Positions 50,536 to 63,264 of a stretch of DNA of 64,000 nt are shown here, piece after piece. The stretch's first letter is position 1. The number at the start of each line of letters is the position of its first letter. The stretch lies in the NCBI GenBank assembly GCA_000004695.1, contig CM000152.2, forward strand, positions 4,384,001 through 4,448,000. Direction: 5' to 3'. The notes below the pieces were generated by a model. The model saw nothing but the letters and a program-made list of their open reading frames with translations. It was not told the DNA's origin and ran no database searches. Source of the stretch: Dictyostelium discoideum (lineage: Eukaryota). The translations under genes and the position numbers were made by a program.

Positions 50536-51412
50536 CCACATTTTCTTTTTTTTTTACACACGAATAATATGGGGTGAATTTTTTATTATTTTTTGTAATT
50601 GTTTTTTTAATTATTATAAAAAATAATTAAATATTTAATAATCAAAATAAAAAAATAATTCTAAAAAAAGAATGAAAATAATTAAAATCTAGATAGTAGC
50701 TGTTAAATACCATGTTACCACCATTATCAGTAAGTACCCTCCATTTTAGTGAGAACCAGTAAATACGGGTAGGAAAAGTTTCTTTCAATGGGCTACATAT
50801 CGAGACTTCAATTATCCAATTATTTGGGGTTAAAAACTCTTCTCTTAGAATGTGCCCGAATAATGGGAAGCACCTAGTGTAATAAAATAAAAAAAAAAAA
50901 AAAAAAAATTAAATTCACACACCAAAAAAAAAAAAAAAAGATTAAATTTTAACCTTCCTAATAAAAAAATTTACAACAAAAATTATTTTTTATTTTTTAA
51001 AATGTGTTTCAACAAAAAAAACAACACCAACCCCTTACCCCTTTTCAAATTAATGGAACTCCGCAATCATGCTCATTCACCAGATAGAATCTATTTTTAG
51101 AATTTTCATTTTGTTTTTTTTTTTTTTCATTATTTTTATTTTTATTATTATATTTTCTTTTTTTATTTTTTTATTATTATTATATTATTTTATTATATTT
51201 TTTTTTGTTTTATTTTTAATTTTATTATTTCTTTATATTTTTAATTTAATTTTTATTCATTTTTTTTTCCATTTATTTATTAAAAATTGTTTTTATTATT
51301 AATTTTTTTTAGAAAATTTTTTTTTCCAGTTATTATTAAATTTCTCTTTTTTAATTTATTTTATAAAATTACTTATGTAGTCAAATTCAAAAAATAAGAA
51401 TTTTTGATAGAA

Positions 51413-54134
51413 ATGGAACAGAAAATAATAATTCTATTTTTATTTTTGTTCTCAATTTTTAAATTAGGATATTCAGTGAAACCATCACCAATTGGTAAGT
51501 TTCATTATATTTTTAATTATATAAATAATTAGTTTATGTAATTAATTTTTTTTTTTAGATGTAATATATGAAGATAAATCATTTACATTTATTTTTAATA
51601 GTAATCTCCCATATTTTACCCGTTTAATTTTATATCAAAACCAAACAACACCCAGAAATGAAATGGCACCAAATTATTTTGATTGTAGCCTAGTTGTTGC
51701 TAATAAGAGACATTGTTTATTCCATTCAGATGAGCCATTCTCAAGACTATGGGGTAGTATTTACAGTAAGATATGTGCAAGAAATGTATCAAGTCCAGTA
51801 GAGGATTGTTCATTAAGGGTTTCAGCTTTGGATTTTTATCCATTACCATCTAATTTGAAATATAGTAAAAAACCAAAAACGTCTGGGGAAGATATAATAA
51901 TTACTGGTTCATATTTAAGATTCATGGGTGGTCCTAATTTCCTTATAAATTCCTTTGATTTTGATAATCCTTTTATTGTTAAAGGTAATTTCTCTGATCC
52001 ATCTTTTGACTGTAATTATCTTACTGTAACTATTCCACCAGGATCTGGAAAGTGTGAATTGTACTATGATGAAACTGGTTTATTTTCTGTCCCATTTTCA
52101 TACGAATCACCTAAAATATCAAGTACTGTTTCTAACTTATCAAAACAAATATTAGTAATTAATGGTGATAACTTCTTTACAAATAAAAACTTGGTTAGGG
52201 TTTCTTTTGATGGTATTAATCAACCCAATTTTATTATTTCAGTAAATCATACACAAATTCAAGTGAATAACTTTAATAGAGTCGACCCTGGCCCAATGTC
52301 TGTTAATGTATCTGTCGATGGTATCTCAATTGAAAACAATTATATTCATTGTTCCCCAGCAATAATAACATCAATATCATCAGTATCAAATCATTTGGGT
52401 GGTACTGTAACAATTAAAGGTGAAAAATTATCTTCAACTTTAAATTCATCATTGACTCCATCGATTACAATTGGTGATAAAAAGTGTATATTTATTAGAT
52501 CAAAAATAACCGAATTGGAATGTCGATTGGATCCAAATGAATATGGTGGTAAGAGTTTATCAGTTGACGTTAATTTCGGTGGTTGTAGTTCAACAAGTCC
52601 TAATGGCGTATCATTTACATATAATTTTCCCACATTATCAAGTGGATCATATTCAAATGGTATCGTTACATTAATTGGTACAAATCTTGGTACAAATAAA
52701 GAATCACTCATTCAATTATATGGTAATGAAATAAACGATAATATAAGTATTGACCAATTTAATGTATCATCAGATGAAAAGACTTTATCATTTAAATTAC
52801 CTCTTTTAAGATGTAAATCATTTAATATTAAACTCACTCGTTCAAATATTTCCTCAAATACACTTTCAATTTCTGCATCATTAATAATAAATGTAATAAG
52901 TAGATCAACAGTATCAAATGGAACATTAAATATTGAAATATATTATATGGATTGTCAAGTAAGTTCATCACCAAGTATTACTGTTGGTAATTCATTTTCA
53001 CCCACACAATGTTCGATACCATTACAATCTTTAACATCTGGTTACTATGAAACAACATGTCCAACACCATATGGTACTGGTATTAACAAACAATTCTTAT
53101 TCAAATTAAACTCAGAGACAGTGAGTGATGAATTTTCATATGCTCTCCCAACAGTCCAGAATAGTAAAATTTCTCAAGGTAATATAACATTTCATGGTAA
53201 CAATTTCGGTAATTCAACATCATTAGTTCAAGTATATTTAAATGGTAGTGATATTACATCAGAAATTCTAGAATTGGAAGATCATCAATTTACTATTAAA
53301 AAATTGGATTCATTTGAAAATGGTCCAATTAATATTACTGTAGATGGCAATAATATGGAGTTATTATTTAATTTAAAATTACCACCTGTCATTTATGGTA
53401 TAACAAATAAAGATAATAAAGCAATTGCTTGTGGAGGTCTTATCACAATTTCTGGTAAAAATTTATTGACAAGTGACAATGAATTCAAAGTTAAGGTATT
53501 TGCAAATAAAAGAAATACTACAGTAATTGTTCAAGATGAAAAGATATTAATAGTTAGAGATGAAAGTAAAGAAAGCCCACTCTTTGTTTCAACATTGATT
53601 GGAGATGATTTAGGACCAAATGCAATATTGACATATTTAGAACCAAAGATTACAGTAATTCCACCTATTAAAATTAAAAAAGAAGGGATTTCAATAAGAG
53701 TGGGTGGCGTTAGTTTTCCAGGTATTTTTAATGCTGGCTTAGCACTTTCATCAGAAAATGTTTCTCTTTCATGTAATTTACAATGTAGTTTATCACCAAA
53801 TGAAATATTATATTACAGTGATCAAAACTTAAGTTCAAGTGAAACTGATATTACAGATAGTACTGATTGTTTATCTTGCCATTCAAATTCATCTGTTGAT
53901 GAAATATCAGGACTTTTATATCTCCAATTAGGCTCAACATCATTTAATTACGATGTTAAAATTGAAAAAGTTAAATTATCACTATCACCATCACCATCAA
54001 ACGGTTCTGAAAGAAATAGCAATTCATCCAAACTATCAGGTGGTGCAATTGCAGGTATTACAATTGGTTGTGTCGCTGCCGTTGGTCTCTTTGTTTTTCT
54101 CTTTGGTTTTGTCTTTATTAAAAAAGCTCGCTGA
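51413..54134 (+). CDS. tgr-family (TgrB/TgrC-like) IPT/TIG-repeat single-pass transmembrane protein, about 885 aa, 2 exons: join(51413..51494, 51559..54134)
   Basis: Exon 1 encodes a signal peptide ([27 protein letters not shown]) and ends at GTAAGT. Acceptor ...TTTTTTAG at 51558, in frame with ORF 51663..54134. Multiple IPT/TIG-like repeats ([52 protein letters not shown]) with many N-glycosylation sequons. A single C-terminal TM helix ([26 protein letters not shown]) and a 5-residue cytoplasmic tail (KKAR). This architecture and size match the Dictyostelium Tgr (LagC/LagB-type) family. Confidence 0.7.
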
Positions 54135-54398
54135 GGGGGAGAAAAAAGTAAGATTCATAGTTTTATGAGAAATTTTACTAGGTCAATTTCTCACGGGAAG
54201 ATAAAATAATATAAAAAGAAAATGTAAATTTCAAATCACAAATCACATATTGGTAAAATTAAAACTTAAAAAACTTAAAATAAAATAAATAAAGATAAAA
54301 TAAAATAAAAAATTTAATTTAACATATGTTTATTTATTTTATTTTATTTTTACCATATATATATACAAGGCATTCACTTATTTATTTATTTATTTATT

Positions 54399-54429
<31 letters not shown>

Positions 54430-55594
54430 TTTTTGAGTGAATTTGCAATCCAATCAGATCTTTCATATATACCATTTGATTTAATGGCACTGCATATTTA
54501 GTTGAATATACGATTTTCTATCTTTAATTGAATTTAAATTTAAAGAGTTTACAATTTCTGCGGTATTCATTGCATTGAAAATTTTTATGTTCAATAGTTC
54601 AACCCGGTGGTTGGAATGGTTGTAACAACATCACCCAATTTTAATTTATATACATGTATTGACTTTACCTACACAATAAAGTCCTATCATTAATATTCTT
54701 GTATCTTTTCTAACTTCAAATAGAATATCTAACGTTGAAAAAATATGATTACATTTTATTTTATTTATTTTATTTTATTTTATTTTATTCTATTTTATTT
54801 TATTTTATTTTATTTTATTTTATTTTATTTTAATTATATTTATTAAATGAATTTATTTTATTTATTTTTATTAATTTGTTTTATTTTTTTATTTTATTTT
54901 TTTATTTTCTTTAATAACAAATGAATACACACAACTGGACCATGACCACCTGTTTGGGAAATGGTTTTGGTTTGGTTGAAGTTCTAAAAAATGAGTTGAT
55001 TTTATTGTATGAAATAAAAAAAAGAAAAGTGAAAAAACTTGGTATATATATATTTTTTTTGTTAATTTATTTTGATTATTTATATATTACATATATTAAA
55101 ATTTAAAAAAAAAAAAACTATTTTATAAAACATATATGATTGTTGTTGTTATTGGATGAGCATATTTTGGTCAAATGACAATTTTTTTTTTTATTTTATT
55201 TTATTTTTTTTATTTTTTTTTTTTTAATTATTTTTTTTTAATTTTTTTTTTTTAAATTAAAAAATTTTTTTTTTTAAAAAATTTTTTTTTTTTTTTTTTT
55301 TTAATAACCCCTGTGCCCATAGTAATAATAAAAAAAAAAAATAAAAAAAAGATTTGTTTGTTTTTTTTTTTTTTTTTAAAATAAAAAATAATAAATAATA
55401 ATAAATATACACTATATAATAAGAAACAATATAGTTTGTGTGTATACAATCTTCTGTAATAAATAATAATAACAATAATAATAATAAAAATAATAATAAC
55501 AATAATAATAAATTAAAAACTTTTTTGAAAAAAAAATAAAAAAAAAAATAAAAAAAAAATTAAAGTATGTTCATTATTTTTATTTAAAATACCA

Positions 55595-55625
<31 letters not shown>

Positions 55626-55742
55626 CTAATTCCTTAATTTAATAAATTTTTTTAATTTATTTTATTTTTAATTTTTTAATTTATTTTTAAAAAAAAAAAA
55701 CAAAATTTTTTTTTTTCTTTTTTTTTTTTAAATATTTTTAAA

Positions 55743-55773
<31 letters not shown>

Positions 55774-55810
55774 TAATAAAAATAATAATAAAATAAAAAT
55801 TTATAATAGA

Positions 55811-56920
55811 ATGGATAAATATTATCGTGTTCCAAGAACATATGATAATGATACAGAAGCAAATGAAGTTAGAATCGGAGGTGTACATAGTCAAGTTAGT
55901 TCATCAATTGAATATGGATTAAATTTATTTAACAAACCACATGATTCGATCATTGTTAAAGCAATTGGTAGTAAGATGATATCAAAAGCAATATTCACAG
56001 CAGAGATCATTAAACTTAGAGTACCAGGATTACATCAAATCACAGAGATAGGTACCACAGAGATCGTCACTCAATACATGCCAAAGGAAGAAGGTTTGGA
56101 TAAAGTTGAAATCTCAAAAAAGTCTGCCTTCATCAAAATTACTTTATCGAAAACACCATTGGATACAACTAATCCAGGTTATCAACCACCTCTTCCAGAA
56201 TCGGAAACTCAAAAGAAACCAACAAGACCAAGAGATTACTCACCACGTAGAACTAGAGGTGGATTTAGAGGTGGCAGTAGTGGTGGATTTAGAGGTGGTA
56301 GTGGTGGTGGATTTAGAGGTAGAGGTAGAGGTGGTGGTTTTAGAGGTAGTAGTTCTCATCCTTCAACAGCAACAGACAATACAGCAGCAACAACAACAAC
56401 AACTTCACCATCAACGTCTACTACATCACCAACAACAACGACAACAACAACAGCACCAGTTGAACAACAACAACAACAACAACAACAACAATATCAACCT
56501 TCAGATAGTGGATTCAGAGGTAGAGGTAGAGGTGGATTTAGAGGTCGTGGTAGAGGTAGAGGTGGATTTAGAGGTCGTGGAAGAGGTAGAGGTGGATTTA
56601 GAGGTCGTGGAAGAGGTAGAGGTGGATTTAGAGGTGGTTCACCATTAAATAGTAATTATCAAGAATCAGAATCATCTTCATCAACAACCAATACAACAAA
56701 TACTGCAACTACATCAGCAACAAATAATTCACCAAATCCAACAACAATAACAACAACAGAAGGTAATGATTTTAGACCAAGAAGAGGTAGAGGTGGATTT
56801 AGAGGTAGAGGTGGATTCAGAGGTCGTGGTGGAAATAGATCATCAAGTAATTCTCCTTCATCATCTCCAAATCCAACAACAACAACTACAACATCAACAA
56901 CTTCTCCTACTCCAAAATAA
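55811..56920 (+). CDS. Alba-domain (Rpp25/Pop6/Mdp2-like) nucleic-acid-binding protein with a long RGG/GFRG-repeat, S/T-rich C-terminal tail, 369 aa, apparently single exon
   Basis: The N-terminal about 110 aa (NEVRIGGVHSQVSSSIEYGLNLFNK...DSIIVKAIGSKMISKAIFTAEIIKLRVPGLHQITEIGTTEIV) fits the Alba fold pattern. The rest is GGFRG/RGRG repeats separated by T/S/N-rich linkers. Confidence 0.7.
   Translation: MDKYYRVPRTYDNDTEANEVRIGGVHSQVSSSIEYGLNLFNKPHDSIIVKAIGSKMISKAIFTAEIIKLRVPGLHQITEIGTTEIVTQYMPKEEGLDKVEISKKSAFIKITLSKTPLDTTNPGYQPPLPESETQKKPTRPRDYSPRRTRGGFRGGSSGGFRGGSGGGFRGRGRGGGFRGSSSHPSTATDNTAATTTTTSPSTSTTSPTTTTTTTAPVEQQQQQQQQQYQPSDSGFRGRGRGGFRGRGRGRGGFRGRGRGRGGFRGRGRGRGGFRGGSPLNSNYQESESSSSTTNTTNTATTSATNNSPNPTTITTTEGNDFRPRRGRGGFRGRGGFRGRGGNRSSSNSPSSSPNPTTTTTTSTTSPTPK
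56512..56640 (+). repeat. Tandem 30-bp coding repeat (GGTAGAGGTGGATTTAGAGGTCGTGGAAGA, about 4 units, nearly identical) encoding (GRGGFRGRGR)n
   Basis: Nucleotide-identical tandem units inside the Alba-RGG CDS. This points to recent expansion by slippage or unequal exchange. Confidence 0.85.
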
Positions 56921-57505
56921 AAAATAAAAAAAACAAAAAAAAAAAAAAACAATGTTCAATATTAATCTACACACCCTTAAAAATTAAATAAATAAAAAAA
57001 AAAAAAAAATAAAAAAAAATAAAAAAAAAAAAAAATACATGAATATATTATTTGAAAAACAGATATAAAAACTCGTTTAAAAACATTTTATATCTTTATT
57101 TTTATAAATATTTAATTTTTTATTGGGTATTAAATTATTTGAAAATAATCATGTGTGAAATATTAGTAGATAAAAAAAAAAAAAAAAAATTGATATATGT
57201 TGTAGTTGTTTATTCGTCATTCCATATTAATAATTAAAAAATAAGGCTTATTGGGTAAAAATATATTTTTTTTAAAAAATCCCAGAAAAATGATGTGAGT
57301 ACAATTTTTTAAACTACTTGGATATCAATTATTTTTAATTTTTTGTATTCTTTAAAAATAATATAAAAAAAAAAAAAAAATAACACCAATAAATATATTT
57401 AATATAAATAATTAATTTGATACTTTAAATGAATACATTAAACTTGATCCCAACTTTTTTTTATTTTTTTTTTTTCTCACATATTATAAAAAACCTTTCC
57501 ACACC

Positions 57506-57546
<41 letters not shown>

Positions 57547-58026
57547 AATTTAATAACAATTATAAAATAAAGAATAAATATTATGATGTTGTAATAATAA
57601 TTATTTTTTTATTATTATTTTAATTTTTTTAAAAAAAGGGTTTTAAAAAAAAAATACTTAAAAATGTGTTATTACTTGTAAATTTTGTTAAATTCTTTGA
57701 ATCATATTTATTTTTTATTAAAATTGAGAAAAAAAACAGTTTAAAAATTCAGTATATCTCCCTATAACATCATATTTGTATTATTAATCATTGTTTTAAT
57801 TGACTCATCAAAATATATTATATCGCTACCCCCAAAAAAAAAACAAAAAAATAAAAAATAATTAAATTTAAAAATTGAATAAATAATTATTAAATCAAAA
57901 TTTATCGTCACGTTTTTTTTAACACACACATTCTCTCTAACACATTCTCACATTTTAACACACATACATAGATAGTTAATTTGATAGATACACACAAATT
58001 TAATATCACCATTTAATATCATCCAT

Positions 58027-58059
<33 letters not shown>

Positions 58060-58671
58060 TATTGAACATAAAGAATATTTTAATATTAAATTTCCCCATA
58101 TTAATTTTAATATAAATTTAATTAAATAGTTATTAAAATTAATTTTAATTTTTTTTTTTTTTTTTTATATATTAAATTACTCATATTATCAATACATTAA
58201 CAACCACCATAATTTTATATATCTACTTTTTTAAATGTTATGTCTCTACACCCACTATCACCACCACCACCACCACCACTTAATAAAAATCAAAAACAAC
58301 AATAATAATAACAACAACAACAACAATAACAACAACCACTATCCCACTACAAATAAATAATAACAACAACCACTTATAAAATTTTAATTTTTTAAACTCA
58401 TAGATGACAAACTTAAAAAAAAAAGATGTAAAAAAAATGGGTGCATGTGTGCTATCAATTCATTCGATGTTGTACAATTTGTCATTCAAATAATTTATTT
58501 TTATTTTTTTATTATTTTTTCCAATTATTTTTTTATATATTTTTTTTTTTTTTATTTAAAAAAAATGACTATTTAAACTGATTATTAAATCTATTCCTTT
58601 TCAAAATTAAACAGTTACAAATAATAATAATAATAATTAAAACACTTCTTTTTAATTTTTTTTATTAAGCA

Positions 58672-58712
<41 letters not shown>

Positions 58713-58748
58713 AAAAAATAAAATAAAATAAAATAAAATATTAAAAAA

Positions 58749-59103
58749 ATGCAAAAAATGGAATTAGAATTTATTTTAAACAATAAAAAACAACCATTAC
58801 ATTTATTTGAAGGAATTTTCTCAAGTTTTGGTATAAACAAAGAAAATGAATTTTATTATAATTATTTAGATTATAAAAATAATAATAATACAAAAAATGA
58901 TAAAAACTATACAAAATGTAATAAAATCAGATTCAATTGTATTAATGGTACACCAATTAATAAATCAAATGTTTCCATAATAGTATCATCAAATAATTTC
59001 TGTAATTCTATGAAACCATCAATTATGAATTGTAATAATACATGTTCTGCCACTCTCGATGATTTAAAATTTTTATGTGATCAAGAATTTATGGTTATTG
59101 AAG

Positions 59104-59108
<5 letters not shown>
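58749..59108 (+). CDS. Hypothetical small Cys/Asn-rich protein (119 aa). Weak call.
   Basis: ATG ORF with non-homopolymeric composition and 9 Cys, 390 bp upstream of the DPP gene. No recognisable domain. Confidence 0.3.
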
Positions 59109-59145
<37 letters not shown>

Positions 59146-59493
59146 AAATCAAATCAAAAACAAAAACAAAAACAAACAAAATCGCTATTAATAAACAATG
59201 TACTATTTATTTTTTAAAAAAACTAAATTTCTTTATTTCTATCATTATTTTTTTTTTTTTTTTCAGTGGTTTGGTGAAATTTACTTCCATTTTTTTTTTT
59301 TTTAATTTTCAAATTAATTTTTTAATTTCTTTTTTTCACTTTTTTTTTTTTTTTTTTTAATTTTTTATTTTTTCCTTTTACAAACAAACAATTCATTTAT
59401 CCAATTCAAAAAAAAACAAACAATTCATTTATTATTATTAATCATAGTCAAAACCAAATAATAATAATTCAAAAAAAAAAAAAAAAAAAAAAA

Positions 59494-59721
59494 ATGGAAA
59501 GTAAAAAATATAAAATTGAAGGGAGAGATGAACTTTTAGATAAAGAAGAGATTTTAAAATTATTAGGAGAAGAATCAGGATCATCAGCTCCATATTCATT
59601 TGAATTTAATGATTCTAAAAATCATTTATACTTTTTATCAAATGTAAAAGATCAAAAGAATATTAAAAATATTCATTACATTGATATGAATAGTGATTCA
59701 AAAGGTTTGTTAAACATTTTC

Positions 59722-59782
<61 letters not shown>

Positions 59783-62173
59783 ATAATAATAATAATAATA
59801 ATTTATTAATACTATTTTTTATTTTTTTTATTTATTTATTTTCAAATAAATAATCAATAGAAATTAAACCATTGTTTAATTATGTTGATAAGGATGTTGA
59901 ACTATCAATTGAAGATCAATTACAAAGAGAAAGAATGAGAACTGCTGCTAATGGTATCACTCAATTTACTTTTGATCAAAAGTAAGTTTTTTTTTTTTTT
60001 ATTTATTTTTTTATATAAACCCTAAGAATTCTAAAAATTAAAATTTTTATTTTTTTTATTTTTTTATTTTTTTATTTTTTTTATTTTTTTAAGGCATCAA
60101 TTTATAATTGCACCAATTAATAATAAAATTAATAAAATTGATATTAAAGAATCAATTACAAAACCAATTATTAAAGAGATTGTTGGTGAAACATATAATC
60201 ATCAAATTTCAGCAGATGGAAAGATTGTATCATTTTTAAAGGATAAAGATATTTGGATTACAGATATTTCAACAAATGCAATGTATAGAATTACATTTTC
60301 AAATGATGAAAAACACCATAAATTTAGATATGCCGGTGATATTGGATTCATTTATGCAGAGGAGTTTTCACGTTATACTGGCTACTGGTGGTCACCAATC
60401 GTAGGAACATGTGTCAAAACTGGTAAACCAATGTATACAATTTGTTATTTGGAAGAGGACGAAACCAATGTTATGGACTACCACATACCAACATCCGACC
60501 TAAGAGGTAAAACCACCCAATACAAGTACCCCTTAGCCGGTGAAAAGAATTCAATTTGTAAAGTCTGTTTAGTCTCATTCGTGTTACCAACTAGAACTAC
60601 TTTTCAAGATAGTAAAATCGAAATTGTTAAAAGTGAATTATTCGACCTAAAAACTCAATTCCCATGGGCTGAATACATAACCAGAGCTGGTTGGACACCC
60701 AATGGTCACTCAATCTATTTACAACTATTAGATAGAAAACAACAACATTTAGCATTAGTCATGGTGCCATTACATGTCTTTGCTGAAGACTACTCCTCCT
60801 CCTCCTCCTCCTCGGTTAAAAGCATTCCAAAACTACCAGTACTCATTGAAGAAACTACCTCAGTTTGGATTAATATTGAATTTTCATTTCAATTTTTAAA
60901 ATCTATTGAAAATCAATTAATTTGGTCAAATGAGCAATCTGGTTATCGTCATCTTTATTTAATAAAATGGGATAAGAATTTCACAAATATTCAATCAACA
61001 CCAATCACTTTATCAACTTGTAATGATAATGATAATGATAATAATAATTGGATGGTTTCAAGTGATGATATTCATATTGATGAAAAAAGAAAATTAGTTT
61101 ATTTCACTGGTACAAAAGATACTTGTTTAGAACAACATTTATATGTTACAAGATTTGATAAACCAAATTCTGAAATTAAAAGATTATCACATGCAAACTT
61201 TAGTCATAGATCAATTTCAATTTCAAGTAACTTTAAAAAATTCATAACAACTTATTCAAATATTTCAACAATTTCAAAAACTGAAGTATTTGATTTAATT
61301 TATAATGATGATAATAATGACAATAATGATATTTATCCAATTGTTAAATCATCATTTTTTATTAATGATGATGATGATGATGATGATAATGATAAAAAGA
61401 AAATTAATATTAATATTCCAAAAATTTTTAATTTTAAAAATTCAAAAGGTGTTACAATTTATGGTCAATATACATTACCATCAGATTATTCAAAAGATAA
61501 GAAATATCCAACTGTTGTATATGTTTATGGTGGACCACATGTTCAAATAGTACGTAATCAATATAACTATATTAAACAACATTATACAAATTTTGGATTC
61601 ATTCAAGTTATGATTGATAATGTTGGTAGTGCAAATAGAGGTTTAGAATTCGAGTCTCATATTCGTGAGAAAATGGGTCAAGTTGAGATTGGTGATCAAG
61701 TTGAGGGTATTAATTATTTAGTTGGTAATGATATTGTGTCGATTGATGTTAATAGAATCGCAATTTCAGGTTGGAGTTATGGTGGCTACAATTCATTGAT
61801 GGCAATTAGTCAAAGACCTGATGTCTTTAAAATTGCAGTTTGTGGCGCACCAGTTAGTGATTGGCGTTTATATAATACAGGTTACACTGAACGTTATATG
61901 AATGTGCCTCAAGATAATATTGATGGCTATAAATTGGGTGATACAACTCATTATTCATTCCCAACTGAAGAAAATCGTCTCTTATTAATTCATGGTCTTC
62001 AAGATGAAAATGTCCATTTCTCAAATACAATTTATATCATTGATCATTTAACTAAAACTCAAAAACCATATATCTTAAAAACTTTACCAAATGAAAGACA
62101 TGGTGTTAGAAACACTGATAATAGAATTTATATTGGTCTTTTTGTAATTAATCATTTATTAAAAAATTTATAA
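59494..62173 (+). CDS. Dipeptidyl peptidase, S9B family (DPP8/DPP9-like, cytosolic: no signal peptide or TM), about 780 aa, 3 exons: join(59494..59704, 59861..59981, 60094..62173)
   Basis: Donors GTTTGT and GTAAGT, acceptors ...CAATAG and ...TTTAAG. Phase checked (1+121+...). Motifs: EIKPLFNYVD...LQRERMRTAANGITQF; AEEFSRYTGYWWSP (the DPP8/9-type motif); beta-propeller region; catalytic GWSYGGY (Ser), ...GLQDENVHF (Asp), ...ERHGVR (His) in the alpha/beta-hydrolase domain. Confidence 0.85.
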
Positions 62174-62201
62174 AATTAAAAAATAAAAAATAATTTTTCT
62201 C

Positions 62202-62232
<31 letters not shown>

Positions 62233-62524
62233 CCAAAAATTGTAATATAATATTATTTTAAGTAATCATTTTTCTTCAAAAAATAAATAAAAAAATAAAT
62301 AAATAAATAAATAAAAAAAAACAAAACGTTAAAATTTAATGAATAAAATATCCATTAATTTTTTTTTTTTATTTTTTGTTTTTATTTTTATATTTTTTAA
62401 AATTTTTTTTATATTTTTTTAATAATAAATTTTTCATTTTATAAAATTGATTTGATTTAATTATTATAAATTAAAATTTCTACAAAAAAATAATTTGAAT
62501 CCTTAAATATTTTATTCCAATTTG

Positions 62525-62555
<31 letters not shown>

Positions 62556-63230
62556 TTTTTTTATTTTTTGTTTATTGTAATAATTAATAATAAAAACTTT
62601 TTTGTAAATAATTAGTTTTAACAAACAATTTTATTAAATTTGTGGTTTATGTACATTAATGAATAAAAAAAAAAAAAAAAGGTCCAATTTACAAATAATT
62701 TCAAAAATAATTGTAAAAATAATTTTGTTCTCGTTAATGTTTATTTAATATTGCCAAAATTAATTTTTGTTTAGAGTTTTTTTTTAAAAAAAAAAAAAAA
62801 AAATAATAATAATTAGATTTTGAATTTAATTGTTTATGAAAGTAGTAGAGATGTTTTAAATATAATATAAAATTTTTAAAAAAAGTAAAATTAAAAATTA
62901 AAAATTAAAAATTAATAATAATAAATAAACTTGTTGAAAAGACACCACACATACTACCAAATTGGTATAACCTTTCTAAAAGCGTATAAAATAAATACAA
63001 AATATTAGATATAGTATGGATAAATATAAAAAATGATTATTACTATTTTTTTTTTTTTACTTTTGATGAGCACATATGTTTTTTTTTCTCTTTTGATCAT
63101 TTATCAAATAAATAAATAAAATTTTTACTCACCCTACACGCACCCCACTGATCCACTTATTCTTAAAAAAAAAACAACTAAAAAATATTTATATCTATAA
63201 TATCCTTAAAATAATAAAATAGTAACATTC

Positions 63231-63264
<34 letters not shown>

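Noticed and set aside
56106-56952. 180-aa + ORF (frame 3) and 97-aa minus ORF overlapping the Alba-RGG gene
   Set aside because: Repeat-driven alternate frames of the GGT/AGA-rich RGG region.
57400-58400. CA-rich and C-rich tracts (for example CACACCCACACACAC at about 57490, TCACCACCACCACCACCAC at about 58250; also 44760-44800 and 62940-63330)
   Set aside because: Short C/A-rich blocks are common in Dictyostelium promoter-proximal DNA. No repeat structure or ORF; noted as possible promoter elements only.
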